Part shown: piece after piece, positions 46,872-49,439 of the stretch
Numbering within the stretch: position 1 is the first letter of the stretch
Layout of the letters: each line of letters opens with the position of its first letter
DNA from: Ignavibacteriota bacterium
Lineage (GTDB): Bacteria; Bacteroidota; Ignavibacteria; UBA10030; UBA6906
DNA length: 49,439 nucleotides
Reading direction: 5' to 3'
Assembly: GCA_003157485.1 (NCBI GenBank)
Contig: PMJQ01000042.1
Coordinates: 17,610-67,048, forward strand
Notes under the pieces: generated by a model
Told to the model about the DNA's origin: nothing
What the model saw: only the letters and a program-made list of their open reading frames with translations
Databases searched by the model: none
Made by a program: the position numbers and the translations under genes

Positions 46872-48182
46872 GTGACAAAATCGGCCCTTGTGCTCCTGGC
46901 GATCCTCCCTTTCCCACTGAGGGCGGACGCACAGGATTCCGTCGAGACGTGGAGCCATCACTTTCAGCTCACCGCGATACAACAATCGCACCCCTCGTTC
47001 AGCGCGAAGTACACGGGCCGCAACAGTCTCCTCCCGACCGCGGAGAATCTCATGTCGGTCACGTCGACACTCTTTCTCGGGAGCAGACTGTGGGAGGGAA
47101 GCGAGTTGTACGCCGATCCGGAGATGGTCGGCGGGAACGGATTCAGTTCCACGACGGGAATCGCGGGATTCCCGAACGGCGAGATGTACCGGGTGGACAA
47201 TCCCGCGCCGAGGGTGTTCATCGCGCGGCTTTTCATCCGCCAGCGCTTTGCGCTCGGCGACGAGACGGAGAACGTCGATCCGGATCAGAATCAGATCGCG
47301 GGACGCATCCCGAAGAGCAGGGTGACTCTCACTGTCGGCAAGTTCAGCCTGACGGACGTGTTTGACGACAACAAGTACTCGCACGACGCGCGGACGCAGT
47401 TCATGAACTGGGCCCTCTGGTCGGGCGCGGCATGGGACTACGCCGCCGACACGCGGGGATACGACTGGGGAATACTCACGGAGCTGCACATTCCGTCGTG
47501 GACTTTCAACTTCGGCGCGGTGATGGTCCCGACGTATGCGAACGGACCGTACTTCGATCACGACATCGGCAGGGCGTTCAGCCTCAACCTGGAGGTGGTG
47601 AAACCGTACGCGATCGGGGCTCTCGGGGGAAAGCTGCACGCAACAGTATTCCTCAATCACGCCGACATGGGGAATTACAGGGGAGCGATCAATGAAGGCC
47701 TTCTCGCGGGGGAACGGCCGGATATCGACCGGACGAACAGCTATTCATCCAAATACGGATTTGTCGTATCCGTCGAACAGGACCTCGGAAGCGTGTCGGG
47801 GCTCTTCGCAAGGCTGAGCTGGAACGACGGTCACACGGAAACCTGGGCATTTACGGAAATCGACAGGTCATTCCACGCGGGGGTCACGACGCGGGGCGAC
47901 GCGTGGGGGAGAAAAGACGACAATGCGGGGATCGCCTGGGTCATCAACGGGCTCTCGACCGACCACCGGGAGTATCTGGCCGCGGGGGGCTACGGTTTTC
48001 TCATCGGAGACGGGGCCCTCAATTACGCGCCGGAACAGATCACCGAGGCATACTACAGCGCCGCGCTCTTCCCTTCATTCACGCTCACGGTCGACGACCA
48101 GGTCGTCATCAATCCCGGATACAACAAAGACAGGGGTCCCGTCGTGAACGTCTTCTCGCTCCGCGGGCACGTGGAGTTCTGA
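46872..48182 (+). CDS. Carbohydrate-selective (OprB) / high-affinity Mn2+ porin family protein
   Basis: GIAGFPNGE, FDDNKYSHDARTQFMNW, AWDYAADTRGY, WNDGHTETWAFTEID, GYGFLIGDG; C-terminal Phe. Confidence 0.88.
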   Translation: MTKSALVLLAILPFPLRADAQDSVETWSHHFQLTAIQQSHPSFSAKYTGRNSLLPTAENLMSVTSTLFLGSRLWEGSELYADPEMVGGNGFSSTTGIAGFPNGEMYRVDNPAPRVFIARLFIRQRFALGDETENVDPDQNQIAGRIPKSRVTLTVGKFSLTDVFDDNKYSHDARTQFMNWALWSGAAWDYAADTRGYDWGILTELHIPSWTFNFGAVMVPTYANGPYFDHDIGRAFSLNLEVVKPYAIGALGGKLHATVFLNHADMGNYRGAINEGLLAGERPDIDRTNSYSSKYGFVVSVEQDLGSVSGLFARLSWNDGHTETWAFTEIDRSFHAGVTTRGDAWGRKDDNAGIAWVINGLSTDHREYLAAGGYGFLIGDGALNYAPEQITEAYYSAALFPSFTLTVDDQVVINPGYNKDRGPVVNVFSLRGHVEF

Positions 48183-48423
48183 TTCCTTTTTGTAGAATCT
48201 GCACTTCCACACTTGGGTGACGGCTCCCGATCCTCCCCATGTGGGCACAGTTCGCACGCAATCAGCCCCGGGGGAGGCCCTGATTCTGGCACTCCGTTTG
48301 TCCATTTTGCGGAAAGAGAATCATGCGAAAAATCTTACGGCGGGGAGTCGCTGCATCCGGCAGCGGGAATCGCTGCATCTGCCGGCCGCGGATCGACACA
48401 GAGGAACCAGAGGGAGAAGGACA

Positions 48424-48885
48424 ATGACCATACTGCTCGTTGATGACGAACTCGACTACCGTCTTCTCATACGGACCGTGCTCATGAGCAGGGGATGCGA
48501 CGTCGTCGTGGCTGAGAACGGACAGGAAGCGCTGGAGAAGGTCCGGGGAACGCACGTGGACCTCGTCGTTACGGATGTCTACATGCCGATCATGGACGGG
48601 ATCAAGATGAGCAGAGCGCTGAGGGCGATGCCGGAATTCGCAACGGTGCCGATCCTGTATCTCTCCGGATATGACGACCAGCATACGCTTGACGCCGTGA
48701 AGGACGCGCGGTACGAGGGCTTTCTCAGAAAGGGTGCGCCGCTGGAAGAGCTTGTCCTGTGGATCGATTACCTCTCGACGCCGGCGGAGAAGAGGCCCAG
48801 ATCGCTCCCGAGAGGGGCCCAGACAAGAACCTCCCCCAGGGCGAGAGAGGGAAGCAGAACCACCACGAGCTTTCCGATACTCTGA
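48424..48885 (+). CDS. Single-domain response regulator (CheY-like receiver)
   Basis: ILLVDDE, VTDVYMPIMDG, LYLSG, FLRK; GAAGGA RBS. Confidence 0.9.
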   Translation: MTILLVDDELDYRLLIRTVLMSRGCDVVVAENGQEALEKVRGTHVDLVVTDVYMPIMDGIKMSRALRAMPEFATVPILYLSGYDDQHTLDAVKDARYEGFLRKGAPLEELVLWIDYLSTPAEKRPRSLPRGAQTRTSPRAREGSRTTTSFPIL

Positions 48886-48911
48886 GGAATGCCGTTCAGG
48901 GAGCGGGAGAA

Positions 48912-49439
48912 TCAGGTCGTGATGTAGATTCCGTGGAGAATGGGATCGCTGTAGTTGTGGGCCAGAATCCTCTCCACCTGAGTTGCCGAGAGTTTCGTCC
49001 CCGCAGCGACGAGCTTCACGCCGTTTGACGTACAGAGATCGTTTGCGATCACCATCCCTTCCTGCATTTCGTGAACCAGAACCTGCCGCTTCCCTTCGAG
49101 CCAGTGCGGATCGTTGATCACGGTCAGATATTCCGCTGCAAGCTGTCCGATACGGGGAGAGAGGATGGTCCCCTGCGCCTTACGCACTCCTTCGGCGACC
49201 GCTTCCGGGGAAACTGCAGGGTCGGCGCTCAGTTCCTCGATCAGGTTGATCGCACGGAGGATCCTCGACGGCATCGGTATCCTGTCGCGCATCAGGCGGT
49301 CCGGGCCGCCTGAGCCGTCGTAGTTCTCCATCTGGTGGCGGATGTAGGTCCCCGCTTCCTTGAGCTGCGGCACCGCGCCCACAATGGACTCGCCGAACAA
49401 CGGGAATTTCTCAAGCGTCTCCCTCTCCTCCACGGTGAG
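48912..49439 (-). CDS. HD-GYP-like domain protein, C-terminal part (cut by window edge)
   Basis: IRHQMENYDGSGGPDRL...IPMPSRIL; tail MQEGMVIANDL...GVKLVAAGTKL. Confidence 0.8.
   Translation of the reverse strand, partial: LTVEERETLEKFPLFGESIVGAVPQLKEAGTYIRHQMENYDGSGGPDRLMRDRIPMPSRILRAINLIEELSADPAVSPEAVAEGVRKAQGTILSPRIGQLAAEYLTVINDPHWLEGKRQVLVHEMQEGMVIANDLCTSNGVKLVAAGTKLSATQVERILAHNYSDPILHGIYITT

Overview
High-GC bacterial chromosomal window. T9SS-type C-terminal domains (QNxPNPFNPST), Wzi, DUF2723, Shine-Dalgarno sites and TTGACA/TAnnnT promoters suggest an Ignavibacteria/Chlorobi-like member of the FCB group (inference). It holds about 40 protein genes, mostly envelope, transport, sugar-use and regulatory. 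I saw no rRNA, tRNA, CRISPR array, integrase or transposase. The main result is a tightly packed 7-gene minus-strand operon (18604-25105). It encodes an FlgD-Ig lipoprotein, a beta-rich lipoprotein, a half-length TolC-like protein, an unknown cytoplasmic protein, a YdjM-type membrane hydrolase fused to a membrane-fusion-protein-like tail, a RadA lacking its Lon-like domain, and a membrane-anchored P-loop ATPase. The operon ends at an intrinsic terminator. It starts at a TGTAAGAAA-N15-GTCTAA motif that also occurs twice, back-to-back, in front of an ECF sigma/zinc anti-sigma pair 18 kb away. Beside it are three 10-bp direct repeats abutting the promoter of a BldC/Xis-like HTH gene. Other notable items are an atypical sigma-like/anti-sigma pair coupled to an orphan RND pump, a CTD-only T9SS protein and several collapsed gene remnants. 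All family calls come from motif recognition by eye; no searches were run.
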